This document shows, piece after piece, positions 42,408-55,007 of a stretch of 64,000 nt of DNA (position 1 is its first letter; every line of letters starts with the position of its first letter). The position numbers and the translations under genes were made by a program. The notes under the pieces were generated by a model that was given only the letters and a program-made list of their open reading frames with translations, searched no databases and was not told where the DNA came from. The DNA lies in contig CAVVOP010000021.1 in assembly GCA_963749915.1 (NCBI GenBank), positions 384,001 through 448,000 on the forward strand, read 5' to 3'. This stretch comes from an uncultured cyanobacterium. GTDB lineage: Bacteria > Cyanobacteriota > Cyanobacteriia > Cyanobacteriales > Cyanobacteriaceae.

Positions 42408-42505
42408 GAAGAAAAGAAATTAGAAACCCTGCATATTTTCACAAGATCCTCTGGATGTACTATCTATAAAGCCCTAGTCGAAATCAAGTAGAGATAATAG
42501 TACAT

Positions 42506-42793
42506 ATGATCGAACAAAGAAAAAAAGTTGATGTCGGTGATGTTGTTAAGGTAAAAAACAAATTATACTTGGTATTTGGTATTAGAGACAATCGTGCTTT
42601 TTGTCGCCTATTTAGGTTTACAAAAACAGGAGGTTTTCAGTGTTATGAAGATTATAATTTTCCTGTTAATATCTGTCAATTAAGTAGCACAAAGGAACAA
42701 CAAATAATTTACGAAAAAAGGAGGCAAGCTAGTATTCAAAGAAAACCTTATTCTCCCATTCTTGCTAACTATATTCATCATTTAATTCGTTAG
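42506..42793 (+). CDS. Hypothetical protein, possible KOW/SH3-like N-terminus
   Basis: VDVGDVVKVKNKLYLV; 10 bp upstream of the next gene. Confidence 0.6.
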   Translation: MIEQRKKVDVGDVVKVKNKLYLVFGIRDNRAFCRLFRFTKTGGFQCYEDYNFPVNICQLSSTKEQQIIYEKRRQASIQRKPYSPILANYIHHLIR

Positions 42794-42803
42794 TTTTATT
42801 TTC

Positions 42804-44231
42804 ATGAAAACAAGATTACAACCCGTGGAAAAGTTTTCTACTTTTTTATCTATAGCTGATAGTCATAGGTTTATTTTGCGTTGGCATACGGATTATAAGT
42901 TAAAAAGAAATATTGAAAAATTTAATTATCAAGAATTACTTGATTGCGATGTTTTAGCTTATCGATTTTTAACTAATTTACGGCTAAATCATGAGCTAAT
43001 TTTACAACATCATCTCACATCTTACTTACAAGAGGTTTCTTATTGGGCAACAAGATATGTTTATTGTCGTCTTCGTACTATTATCGACTCTTTAACTCTC
43101 GATGAGTGTTTTTTATTCGCTAGTGAAATTGTTACTCAACCGCAAAAATTGTTAGTAAAATATCAGTCTAACGGTGGCAGTAAAATAACTACCTATGCTC
43201 ATACTAGACTAAAAACCACCATCACCGATAAAATATATATGAGTCGAAATTGGAAATTATTGACCAATTGGGGATTACTGAAAAAAATTGGGAAGTCTAA
43301 ACGTCAAAATGTCCTCAAAGAAATTTCTGGTTTAAGAGAAGAAAAATTAGAAGAATATTTATTAGTATGGCAATGTTTTGTCGATAATTATGTATCTTCC
43401 TCTCCTCATAGAGGCAAATCCTTATCCCCCCCTAATTTATCCCAATTGACTCTGATGACTAATCAATATAATTTATTAGCTAAAAAATTCTTAACTTTTC
43501 CCTCTAAGTTAACGGTAGAAGACTTTAAAAATAGAGTAGAATTTTGTGGAGAAAAAGCCAGACTATTTGTCAACCCCATAAGTATAGAATATCCAGAAGA
43601 TAAAAAAATTAACCTCGATGATAACTCTAAAGACTACTTAATTAACTTAGAAAAAAATCAAGCAGAGAGAGAAATAAATTACATTCTTACAAGGACTTTT
43701 AATACTCTTAATCTTGTTGCCCAAAGTATTTTTTATCTTTCTGAAGGATTAGGTTTAAGTCAACAAAAAATTATTAAAACTATCCAATTAACTCACCCTA
43801 ATTTTACGGGAGAACAATATCAACTTTCACGAGAAATTGAGAAAATAAGAAAATATTTATTAGACACTATTATTAAACATCAAAAGGGAGAAAAAACAAA
43901 AATTGATAAAGGGGATATTAAACTTTTAATTCAACCATTAAAACAATGGTTAGCAGAATATATAGAATCAGAAATTTTATTATTATGTCGGGAATGTTAT
44001 CAAGAAATTGACAAGAAACAACAAGAGTTACTCAAAGAAAATTATTTTAAATCTTTTGTCGATAACCCTTCTATTATGAATCATATTCCCCCTCAACTTA
44101 TCAATCTTCTGAGGAAAAAATTAGAAAGTAAACTAAAACTAAAACTAAAACTAATCGATGATATAGTGATTCAAAATCATCTGAGTTTATGGTTAGAAAG
44201 ATTTTTTCATCAGTATTTTAATCAAATATAA
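42804..44231 (+). CDS. Cyanobacterial sigma-70-like regulatory protein
   Basis: VEKFSTFL...W.TD.KL.RN, HLTSYLQE..YW, TYAHTRL, NWGLLKK, GLGLSQQKI...QYQLSR helix-turn-helix; adjacent to a DUF1822-like gene. Confidence 0.6.
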   Translation: MKTRLQPVEKFSTFLSIADSHRFILRWHTDYKLKRNIEKFNYQELLDCDVLAYRFLTNLRLNHELILQHHLTSYLQEVSYWATRYVYCRLRTIIDSLTLDECFLFASEIVTQPQKLLVKYQSNGGSKITTYAHTRLKTTITDKIYMSRNWKLLTNWGLLKKIGKSKRQNVLKEISGLREEKLEEYLLVWQCFVDNYVSSSPHRGKSLSPPNLSQLTLMTNQYNLLAKKFLTFPSKLTVEDFKNRVEFCGEKARLFVNPISIEYPEDKKINLDDNSKDYLINLEKNQAEREINYILTRTFNTLNLVAQSIFYLSEGLGLSQQKIIKTIQLTHPNFTGEQYQLSREIEKIRKYLLDTIIKHQKGEKTKIDKGDIKLLIQPLKQWLAEYIESEILLLCRECYQEIDKKQQELLKENYFKSFVDNPSIMNHIPPQLINLLRKKLESKLKLKLKLIDDIVIQNHLSLWLERFFHQYFNQI

Positions 44232-44260
44232 AAATTATATCCTAGTGCTAAATAACTATC

Positions 44261-45643
44261 ATGACTAATCTCATTTTTATGGATACTCCTATCGACGAAA
44301 TAAAAATACAATTAACCGATGAAATGAAAACCGAAAGTTGGCGAGAAACTAACAAATTAAGTAGTGAAGTCGCCTGTTTTCGTGGTTATCTTAATCTTTT
44401 GGTGAGAAAAACATTTGTTTTGTGGCTTAATTTAATGTTAGAAAGTAACTTTTTTGATCAGGTAAAATTAGAAGATAACTTAAGTATTTGGGAATTTATT
44501 AATGGTAACGCCATTGATATTGATTCGACTCGCATTGTCTTAATTCCTATGGAAACTCAGGACAAAACCGAGTTTTCTATCCCCGAAGAATGGTTGAAAA
44601 TTTCTGAGTGGGTGGGAAATTATTATGTAGCTGTAGAGGTAAATTTGGAAGAAAACTATCTTAATTTTTCCGGTTATACTTCCTATGAAGATTTACAAAC
44701 TTATGGTAGGTTAGACTCTTTTAATCATTGTCTTGATTTTCCTTATGAATGTCTAGAAAATGATGTAAGTTTAATGACTTTAGAATACAAATATGCTTGG
44801 GACCCCGTGCCAGAAATTTCACCATTACCGATACTATCTTTTCAGATAAAAGAAAATTTATGCAAAGAAATCCAAGATAATTTATCCCCCCGTCTTCTCC
44901 TTGATTTTAATCAATGGTTAAGTTTGATTAGTGATAACCAAACTCGTTATCAATTATTTTATAGTCGTCGATCTATTAATTTAAGTCAATGGTTAAACTG
45001 TCAAATTTCTTCTGGTTTAACAAAAAGTTGGCAAACTTTTGAAGCCTTCAAACAACAATATTTTATCCCTAGCTTTCATCAAATTTCTGCTTTTTCTTCT
45101 CGTTCATTATCTATTAATAATTATTTAGAAATAATACAAGAAAATAACGATCAAGAAATAGTTAATAATGTGCTTAAAAATCTTGTTAATTTAAAAATTG
45201 ACAGCGAATTAAAACCAAAAATAATTAAGGCTTTAGCTAATCTTATTAATAAAAGCGAAGATGACGAAGAAACTCGTTGGAATGCAGCTTTAGCTTTACA
45301 ATCTCTTGATTATAATCATCAATGTTCTGGGATTTGGCGAGGAAAAATAATTAGTTTAGACACAGAAATAAGTACTCATGGATTAGGCTTATTAGTGGGA
45401 ATTTTACCTAAATATAATGATAAAATTGATATTTTTATTAGAGTTTATTCTCTAAATCAAAATGGTTATTTACCTGAAAATTTAACATTACAAATTATTG
45501 ATAGTAACAATAACATTTTTACCTCAATAACAACAAATAATGATAATATTATTCAATACAAATTTTGGGGAAATAGAGAAGAAAGTTTTAAAATGAAAAT
45601 TATAGTTAATAATAATTATATTGATGAGTATTTTTCCATTTGA
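44261..45643 (+). CDS. DUF1822-family protein with HEAT-like repeat
   Basis: SIWEFINGNAI...RIVLIP...IPEEW...W.GNYYVAVEV; EETRWNAA; YLPENLTLQI...DNIIQYKF.G..EESF. Confidence 0.75.
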   Translation: MTNLIFMDTPIDEIKIQLTDEMKTESWRETNKLSSEVACFRGYLNLLVRKTFVLWLNLMLESNFFDQVKLEDNLSIWEFINGNAIDIDSTRIVLIPMETQDKTEFSIPEEWLKISEWVGNYYVAVEVNLEENYLNFSGYTSYEDLQTYGRLDSFNHCLDFPYECLENDVSLMTLEYKYAWDPVPEISPLPILSFQIKENLCKEIQDNLSPRLLLDFNQWLSLISDNQTRYQLFYSRRSINLSQWLNCQISSGLTKSWQTFEAFKQQYFIPSFHQISAFSSRSLSINNYLEIIQENNDQEIVNNVLKNLVNLKIDSELKPKIIKALANLINKSEDDEETRWNAALALQSLDYNHQCSGIWRGKIISLDTEISTHGLGLLVGILPKYNDKIDIFIRVYSLNQNGYLPENLTLQIIDSNNNIFTSITTNNDNIIQYKFWGNREESFKMKIIVNNNYIDEYFSI

Positions 45644-45817
45644 TGTCTAATTTTAGATAATAATAGCCCCACATTTTAAAATCTTTATTAAAGCTGAATT
45701 CTGAATTCTGAATACTATCCTAACGAAAATTATACAAATCAAATTGAGATCGATCGCTATTATGATATAATAAATTTCAAATTATTTTTTATGTTTTAAA
45801 ATTTATAATTACTCCTT

Positions 45818-47152
45818 GTGATTAACCTAATTAAAACCTCACAACACCATCAATTAGTTATTGAAAACAAAACCCATTCTCTACGGGGTAAAATCTCTAT
45901 TCCGGGGGATAAATCTATCTCTCACCGTGCTTTAATGTTAGGTGCCATCGCATCTGGAGAAACGACCATCGAAGGATTATTATTAGGAGAAGATCCTTGT
46001 AGTACGGCAAAATGTTTTCAAGCAATGGGGGCACAAATTCCTGAGTTAAACATTGAAAGAATAATAGTTATGGGCATCGGACAAGGATCACTACAAGAGC
46101 CATTAAATATATTAGATGCAGGAAATTCTGGCACAACTATGCGCTTAATGTTAGGGTTATTAGCCTCTCAACCTGAAAAATTTTTCATCCTTACCGGGGA
46201 CGATTCCCTCAGAAGTCGCCCTATGGCAAGAGTAATCAAGCCTTTACAAGAAATGGGGGCAATAATTTACGGTAGAAACAATAGTAAAAATGCACCCCTG
46301 GCGGTTATGGGGCAAAATCTCAAGCCGATTCACTACTATTCCCCTGTGGCCTCTGCACAAGTAAAATCTTGTCTTCTTCTGGCAGGATTGATGACGGAAG
46401 GCAAAACCACTGTTACGGAACCAGCTTTATCCAGGGATCATAGTGAAAGAATGTTACGAGCTTTTGGTGCTACCTTAGAAATTGATCCCGACAGGAATAG
46501 TGTCACCATTGAAGGAAAATCTCAACTACGTGGACAAACAGTTATCGTGCCGGGAGATATTAGTTCGGCGGCTTTTTGGTTGGTAGCTGGTGCCATTACT
46601 CCCAACTCCGAATTGACCGTGGAAAATGTGGGCATTAACCCCACTCGCACGGGAATTTTAGATGCTTTGATGATGATGGGTGCTGATATTATCCTGGAAA
46701 ATGAAAGGGAAGCAGCAGGAGAACCTGTGGCAGATTTAAGGGTAAAATCGAGTAAACTTAAGGCTTGTACCATTGAAGGCTCAATTATTCCCCGTTTAAT
46801 TGATGAAATTCCGATCCTAGCTGTGGCCGCCTGTTTTGCCGAAGGGACTACTCTTATTAAAGATGCGGAAGAATTACGGATAAAAGAAAGCGATCGCCTT
46901 GCGGTAATGGCGACGGAACTAAATAAAATGGGGGCAAAAATCACGGAATTTCCTGATGGTTTAGAAATTACAGGGGAGGTTACTCTCAAAGGTTCACAAA
47001 TGGATAGTTATAGAGATCATCGCATTGCCATGAGTTTAGCGATCGCAGCCTTAAATGCCCAAGGCAAAACCATCATTAACCGTGCCGAAGCCGCTTCCAT
47101 TTCATATCCCACCTTTGTAGAGACACTGACTCATTTAGTGGCTAAGGTTTAA
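45818..47152 (+). CDS. aroA: 3-phosphoshikimate 1-carboxyvinyltransferase
   Basis: [34 protein letters not shown]. Confidence 0.97.
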   Translation: MINLIKTSQHHQLVIENKTHSLRGKISIPGDKSISHRALMLGAIASGETTIEGLLLGEDPCSTAKCFQAMGAQIPELNIERIIVMGIGQGSLQEPLNILDAGNSGTTMRLMLGLLASQPEKFFILTGDDSLRSRPMARVIKPLQEMGAIIYGRNNSKNAPLAVMGQNLKPIHYYSPVASAQVKSCLLLAGLMTEGKTTVTEPALSRDHSERMLRAFGATLEIDPDRNSVTIEGKSQLRGQTVIVPGDISSAAFWLVAGAITPNSELTVENVGINPTRTGILDALMMMGADIILENEREAAGEPVADLRVKSSKLKACTIEGSIIPRLIDEIPILAVAACFAEGTTLIKDAEELRIKESDRLAVMATELNKMGAKITEFPDGLEITGEVTLKGSQMDSYRDHRIAMSLAIAALNAQGKTIINRAEAASISYPTFVETLTHLVAKV

Positions 47153-47331
47153 GAGTCGCTTACTGTGGTGAAAGACAAAAGGGTGAAAATAAAAAGACAA
47201 CAGCCTTGGTATTTTTAGTTCGCGGCTTGAATTTCCGCTAAGGTAAAAGCAAAGATAAGGTAAAATTAGGTTATGGTTTGCTTGCTAGTATATTTACAAA
47301 CTAACCTTCACCCTCTAATTGCTAATTCCTC

Positions 47332-48132
47332 ATGGATTTTCTTTTTCTGTCAAAACTATTACCGCTTTTTTTCTATCCTTTGGGATTAGTTTTTTTATTG
47401 TTGATTATTAGTTTAATTTTGTGGTGGAAATATCCCCATTGGCTACCGATTCCTGTTATTACAGCTTGTTTTATTTTATTTATTGGCGGTAACTGTTGGG
47501 TCAGCAATTTATTAGTTAAATCTTTAGAATGGCAATATATCTCCACTACTGATAATCTACCCAACGCCGAAGTTATTGTCATTTTAGGAGGTGGTATTAA
47601 ACCCCGTATTTATCCACGTCCGATGGTAGATCTTGCAGAACCGGGCGATCGAGTAGTGTATGGTGCTAAGCTATTTAAAATGGGAAAATCTCCTTTAATT
47701 ATTCCCACAGGTGGAAGAATCCCCTGGCGGGGTGGAAAAAATCTTCCTTCAGAAGCCGATGATATGACGGAATTACTCTTATTTTTGGGCATTCCCGAAT
47801 CAGCGATAATCAAAGAGGGTAACTCTTTTAATACTTATGATAACGCTGTTAACACCCGTCGAATTTTAGAAAAATTAAACATTAAGCGTATACTATTAGT
47901 TACTTCTGCTATACACATGCCCCGTTCAGTGAAAATTTTTGAGAAACAAAACCTAGAGGTAATTCCCGCACCCACTGATTACCTGGTTACCCAGAAAGAT
48001 TTTGAAGAAGAAGATACTTTCCAAAATACCCTAATCAATCTTTTGCCCGATTCAAACTACTTAAATAACACAACCTTAGCGATAAAAGAATATATCGGCA
48101 TCGTAGTTTACAAACTCAAAGGGTGGCTTTAA
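47332..48132 (+). CDS. YdcF/DUF218 (ElyC-like) protein
   Basis: IVILGGG, SEADDM, NTYDNA, LVTSAIHMPRS, KEYIG. Confidence 0.9.
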   Translation: MDFLFLSKLLPLFFYPLGLVFLLLIISLILWWKYPHWLPIPVITACFILFIGGNCWVSNLLVKSLEWQYISTTDNLPNAEVIVILGGGIKPRIYPRPMVDLAEPGDRVVYGAKLFKMGKSPLIIPTGGRIPWRGGKNLPSEADDMTELLLFLGIPESAIIKEGNSFNTYDNAVNTRRILEKLNIKRILLVTSAIHMPRSVKIFEKQNLEVIPAPTDYLVTQKDFEEEDTFQNTLINLLPDSNYLNNTTLAIKEYIGIVVYKLKGWL

Positions 48133-48656
48133 TCCTCAATTATTAATGTTCTTGGCATCTTTATAAGATACAGAATTTGTCATCAACTCAGTATAAAAGA
48201 TTGCCATCTGATTAGATATATTGAGGACGATTATGAGGGGAAATTTTAATGTTCCAGGGTCAAAATTTTGATCTTTGCAAAGAATAATTAAGTTTTCTAT
48301 CAAAAAGAATGATCCTCCTATAAGTATGTGCTTTAATAAAACTAGGTTCAGATAAGTAATTCTAGAGAAAGAAAAAACAGTTCAGAAAAGAAAAAATACT
48401 AATTGTATCTTAAATTCTTTAGTTTATAGGAACTTTGATGATTTTTATAAGTAACTAAAGTGGGGTTTTATGCCTAAGTAATTTGAGATCATTACGGGGT
48501 AATCTTTTATTTTTCTTAATATTTGTTGTCAGAAAAACTGAATCTTGAACAAGAATTAAGTAAAAAAAATCACAATTAATTAACATTGAAAAGAGATTTA
48601 CTGATAGTTAGTTTTCTGTACTGTATTTAATTCAATAATCAAGGAGATTAATTATT

Positions 48657-51161
48657 ATGGTAAGTTCTGCACCAGAAAGAGTTCAACAATCAAGTAAAAA
48701 CGAAGAATTTGTTCTCTGGTTTGAAGAGGTTGGCATCGTAGATGTGCCTCTTGTGGGGGGCAAAAATGCCTCTTTAGGAGAGATGATTCAGCAATTAACT
48801 TCCAAGGGAGTGAATGTACCTACAGGTTTCGCTACAACAGCCTATGCTTATCGTTACTTCGTCGAAAAGGCTGGTTTACAAGACAAGTTGCGCAAAATCT
48901 TTGCCGATTTAGATGTGGAAGATTTACCCAATTTACAAGCAAGGGGTAAACAAGCACGGGCATTAGTCTTAAATACTCCTTTTCCGAAAGAATTGGAATT
49001 GGCGATTTCTCAGGCTTATTTTAAACTTTGTGAGCGTTACGGGGCGGATCCGAACTTATGCGATCGCCTTGATAATCCTCAAGAATGCCGTGAATTTAGT
49101 TATGCTACGGATGTAGCGGTGCGTTCCAGTGCAACGGCGGAAGATTTACCTGATGCTAGTTTTGCTGGACAACAAGAAACTTATCTAAATGTTCATGGGG
49201 TAAAAGATGTCTTAGATTCTTGTCATAAGTGTTTCGCTTCGATTTTTACAGATAGAGCAATCTCTTACCGCACCGTCAAAGGTTTTGATCACTTTGAAGT
49301 CGCCTTATCCGTAGGGGTACAAAAAATGGTGCGTTCTGACTTAGCCTCCTCTGGGGTAATGTTTAGTATTGATACCGAAACAGGCTTTAAAGATGCCGCT
49401 TTTGTTACTGCCGCCTATGGTTTAGGAGAAAACGTGGTGCAAGGTGCAGTTAATCCAGATGAATTCTTCGTGTTCAAACCGACCTTAAATCAAGGATTTA
49501 GACCCATTTTAAACAAACGTCTGGGGACCAAAGAAATTAAAATGGTCTATGATTTAGGCGGTGGTAAACAAGTTAAAAACGTCCCTGTACCCGATTCAGA
49601 GCGTCAAAAATATTCCATTACCGATGATGAGGCTTTAACCCTGGCTAAATGGGCTTGTATCATTGAAGATCACTACAGTGCCAAACGGGGACAACCTAGC
49701 CCCATGGATATAGAATGGGCAAAAGATGGTCAAACAGGGGAATTATTTATCGTTCAAGCACGTCCAGAAACGGTACAATCTCAAAAGTCTAATAGTGTTC
49801 TCCGTGATTATAAACTCAAAGGGACAAGTGAAGTCCTAATATCTGGTCGGGCTGTGGGTGAAATGATCGGTCAAGGTCAAGGCCGTGTTATCCTTGATGT
49901 ACACCAAATTGGTCAATTTAAAGCTGGTGAAGTACTCGTTACCAACAAAACTGACCCTGACTGGGAACCCATTATGAAAAAAGCCAGTGCCATCGTTACG
50001 AACCAAGGGGGAAGAACCTGTCATGCGGCTATTATTGCCCGTGAAATGGGGATACCCGCCATCGTTGGTTGTGGTAATGCTACGGGTTTATTGAAAACTG
50101 GTCAAGATATTACCGTGTCTTGTTCAGAAGGAGAAGAAGGACGAGTCTATTCTGGTTTAGTACCCTTTGACATCGTTGAAACTCAACTGGATAACTTACC
50201 GAAAACTCGCACCAAAATCTTGATGAATATAGGCAACCCCGAAGAAGCCTTCAAATTAGCCTCGATTCCTTGTAATGGAGTTGGTTTAGCCCGTTTAGAG
50301 TTCATTATCGCTAACCATATTAAAGCACATCCTTTAGCCTTAATGAAATTTGATGAATTAGCCGACGAATCCGTGAAAAAAGAGATTGCCGAGTTAACTT
50401 TAGGTTATGAAAATAAAGCTGATTTCTTTGTGGACAAAGTCGCCCAAGGGGTGGGGACCATCGCCGCCGCTTTTTATCCCAATCCTGTGGTAGTGCGGAT
50501 GTCTGATTTCAAATCTAATGAGTATGCAAATCTTTTAGGTGGTGCCGATTTTGAACCTAAAGAAGAAAACCCGATGATTGGTTGGCGTGGTGCATCTCGT
50601 TACTACGATGAAAAATATCGGGATGCCTATGGTTTAGAATGTAAAGCCTTAAAACGAGTTCGTGACGACATGGGTTTAACTAACGTAATTCCGATGATTC
50701 CTTTCTGTCGTACTCCTTATGAAGGTCGCCGAGTCTTAACAGAGATGGAAAAACACGGTTTAAAACGGGGAGAAAATGGTTTACAAGTCTATGTAATGTG
50801 CGAGATTCCTAGTAATGTTATTTTGGCAGATCAATTTAGCGAAATCTTCGATGGTTTCTCTATTGGTTCAAATGATTTGACGCAATTAACATTAGGACTT
50901 GACCGAGATTCTTCCCTTATAGCTCATATCTTCGATGAACGCAATCAAGCCATTAAAGAGATGATAGCCATGGTAATTGAAAAAGCGAAACGCAACAACC
51001 GTAAAATTGGTATTTGTGGACAAGCACCTAGTGATTACCCCGAATTTGCGCGTTTCTTAGTAGAATTAGGCATCGATTCTATGAGTTTAAACCCTGATTC
51101 TTTATTAAAAACTTTGCTTGATATTGCCAAGTTGGAAGAAAGATTAGATGCGGGTAAATAA
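48657..51161 (+). CDS. ppsA: Phosphoenolpyruvate synthase
   Basis: VGGKNASLGEM, VRSSATAED, GGRTCHAAIIARE, SIGSNDLTQ. Confidence 0.97.
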   Translation: MVSSAPERVQQSSKNEEFVLWFEEVGIVDVPLVGGKNASLGEMIQQLTSKGVNVPTGFATTAYAYRYFVEKAGLQDKLRKIFADLDVEDLPNLQARGKQARALVLNTPFPKELELAISQAYFKLCERYGADPNLCDRLDNPQECREFSYATDVAVRSSATAEDLPDASFAGQQETYLNVHGVKDVLDSCHKCFASIFTDRAISYRTVKGFDHFEVALSVGVQKMVRSDLASSGVMFSIDTETGFKDAAFVTAAYGLGENVVQGAVNPDEFFVFKPTLNQGFRPILNKRLGTKEIKMVYDLGGGKQVKNVPVPDSERQKYSITDDEALTLAKWACIIEDHYSAKRGQPSPMDIEWAKDGQTGELFIVQARPETVQSQKSNSVLRDYKLKGTSEVLISGRAVGEMIGQGQGRVILDVHQIGQFKAGEVLVTNKTDPDWEPIMKKASAIVTNQGGRTCHAAIIAREMGIPAIVGCGNATGLLKTGQDITVSCSEGEEGRVYSGLVPFDIVETQLDNLPKTRTKILMNIGNPEEAFKLASIPCNGVGLARLEFIIANHIKAHPLALMKFDELADESVKKEIAELTLGYENKADFFVDKVAQGVGTIAAAFYPNPVVVRMSDFKSNEYANLLGGADFEPKEENPMIGWRGASRYYDEKYRDAYGLECKALKRVRDDMGLTNVIPMIPFCRTPYEGRRVLTEMEKHGLKRGENGLQVYVMCEIPSNVILADQFSEIFDGFSIGSNDLTQLTLGLDRDSSLIAHIFDERNQAIKEMIAMVIEKAKRNNRKIGICGQAPSDYPEFARFLVELGIDSMSLNPDSLLKTLLDIAKLEERLDAGK

Positions 51162-51180
51162 AGCTAAATGATTGATTTTC

Positions 51181-51207
51181 AATCCCCCAAAAAAGGGGGA
51201 TTTTTTT
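51181..51207 (+). terminator. Intrinsic terminator after ppsA
   Basis: AATCCCCC-aaaaaa-GGGGGATT stem followed by a T-run. Confidence 0.8.
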
Positions 51208-51228
51208 AATAACCAAATTTTATTTTTT

Positions 51229-51867
51229 ATGATCAATTATTTTAAAGGTAATATCAACAATATTATTATTAACAATAACAATCGCAATATTTTAATATTA
51301 GAAGTAAATAATATTGGTTATGAAATACAAATACCCAGCCGTTTTGCCAGACAATTAAACATTGACTTTGAGTCACAAATTCAAATTTTTACTCATTTTC
51401 AAGTAAGAGATGATCAACATATTCTTTTCGGTTTTTCTAGCACCGCCGAAAGGGATTTATTTCGTCAATTAACTGCTATTTCTGGCATCGGTTCACAATC
51501 AGCCATCGCCCTTATTGATACTCTCGGACTAGAAGACTTAGTACAAGCAATTGTAACGGGGAATATCCGCCTCTTAACAAAAACCCCCGGTGTGGGACAA
51601 AAAACTGCTGAAAGAATCGCCTTAGAATTAAAAACAAAATTAGCACAGTGGCGTATTTCTGCCGGAATTAATCTGAATACCACCCATGTTTTACCTAGTG
51701 CGGAAATTATGGCGGATTTAGAAATGACGTTACTGGCATTAGGTTATACCAATAACGAAATACAACAAGCAATATCAGCTATTAGTCAAGATAATTTATT
51801 ACAAAAAAATCCCCATGTTGAGGAGTGGATTAGAAGTGCGATCGCATTTTTGTCCCTTAATACCTAA
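51229..51867 (+). CDS. ruvA: Holliday junction branch migration protein RuvA
   Basis: LEVNNIGYEI, LFGF...ERDLF, PGVGQKTAERIALELK. Confidence 0.95.
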   Translation: MINYFKGNINNIIINNNNRNILILEVNNIGYEIQIPSRFARQLNIDFESQIQIFTHFQVRDDQHILFGFSSTAERDLFRQLTAISGIGSQSAIALIDTLGLEDLVQAIVTGNIRLLTKTPGVGQKTAERIALELKTKLAQWRISAGINLNTTHVLPSAEIMADLEMTLLALGYTNNEIQQAISAISQDNLLQKNPHVEEWIRSAIAFLSLNT

Positions 51868-51937
51868 CTACCGACCCGACAATACAGATAATTTCTTTGT
51901 AAGTCAATTGTCAATTGTTAAGGTGAAGATAACCGTA

Positions 51938-51964
51938 TTAGCACTCAGGCACGAAGAGTGCTAG
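51938..51964 (+). promoter_or_regulatory. CIRCE element (HrcA operator)
   Basis: TTAGCACTC-N9-GAGTGCTAG, one mismatch to consensus, upstream of groEL. Confidence 0.92.
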
Positions 51965-53692
<1,728 letters not shown>

Positions 53693-54068
53693 TCAACTGA
53701 CAATTAGCAATTAACAATTAAAAACTTTTCGGTTAGTTCCCCGATCTCGATTAACATTGCCATCACGGTTATTCCCTTGACTGCGATTTACTGAACCACT
53801 ACCAGTAGCACCCACAAAACATCGATACTATTCTTCCAGGCTATCAACTTAAGGCGAGACAAACTGGTTAAGACAAGGTATCAGGTGTTAGGTATTAGGT
53901 ATTAGGTTTTGGGTTTTAGGTCAAGAAAAAAGAAGTAAACTCGATTTACTAGCCAAAAATTACGATTCGTTCTCGTATCAACCTTTAGAATAGCTAAAAA
54001 ACTTATAACTTAACACAAACGCCTCTAATACCCAGAACCTCCCCTCACCGAAAATGTCCCGGTTTAAA

Positions 54069-54812
54069 TCAGTAGCCTTCTTCCATTTCTTCGGGGGGAA
54101 TGTTATTAGTTTCGGCAAAGTAGCTATAGTAAAGTAAACCAGCTAAAATTGCACCTACAATGGGGGCAACCCAAAATAACCATAATTGCCCAATAATTTC
54201 CATATTTCCCGCAAATAAAGCAACACCAGTACTTCTAGCCGGATTCACAGAGGTGTTTGTGACAGGGATACTGATTAAGTGAATCAACGTTAAACTTAAA
54301 CCGATGGAAACCCCTGCAAAACCAGCTGGAGCTCTTCTATCGGTTGAGCCTAAAATAATAATGAGAAAGATGAATGTCATTACTATTTCCGTAATTAGGG
54401 CAGATAAGAGTGAATAACCACCGGGGGAATGGCTGCCATAACCGTTGGTGGCTAAGGGATTACTGCCGCTTAATTCAAAACCATCTGCACCACTAGCAAT
54501 AATTAAGATAATTAAACCGGCCAAAATTGCGCCCACCACTTGAGCGACGATATAGGGCAATAATTCTGAGCCAGGAAAACGTTTTCCCGCCCATAAACCA
54601 AAGGAAACCGCCGGGTTAAAATGACCGCCGGAAATATGTCCAAAAGCATAGACCATAGTTAATACCGTTAAACCAAAAGCAAGGGCAACACCCACAAATG
54701 CGATACCTAAGGGATTGCCCTCACCACCAAAATTAGCGGCTAAAACGGCACTACCACAACCTCCCAACACTAACCAAAAAGTACCAATTAATTCTGCTAC
54801 GTATTTCTTCAT
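54069..54812 (-). CDS. aqpZ: Aquaporin Z
   Basis: Two NPA motifs ([17 protein letters not shown]). Confidence 0.95.
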   Translation of the reverse strand: MKKYVAELIGTFWLVLGGCGSAVLAANFGGEGNPLGIAFVGVALAFGLTVLTMVYAFGHISGGHFNPAVSFGLWAGKRFPGSELLPYIVAQVVGAILAGLIILIIASGADGFELSGSNPLATNGYGSHSPGGYSLLSALITEIVMTFIFLIIILGSTDRRAPAGFAGVSIGLSLTLIHLISIPVTNTSVNPARSTGVALFAGNMEIIGQLWLFWVAPIVGAILAGLLYYSYFAETNNIPPEEMEEGY

Positions 54813-55007
54813 TATCTTCTGTATAACTTTGTCAACTTATAGTTAAAACTACCTAGAATTGTAATTGCTAGTTTAATTCAATTAATAATAAGTTTTGTAA
54901 AATTTGGGTTAGGGAACAACCCTTGAAACATTAGACAATATTTTTAGCTTAAATGTTAAAATTCATCCCACGCCGTAAAATATATTTGTTGATTAGGAGT
55001 AATAAAA

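Noticed and set aside
53725..53860. Possible degraded coding fragment on the minus strand between groEL2 and aqpZ
   Set aside because: Internal stop, no start, and no family I can identify with confidence
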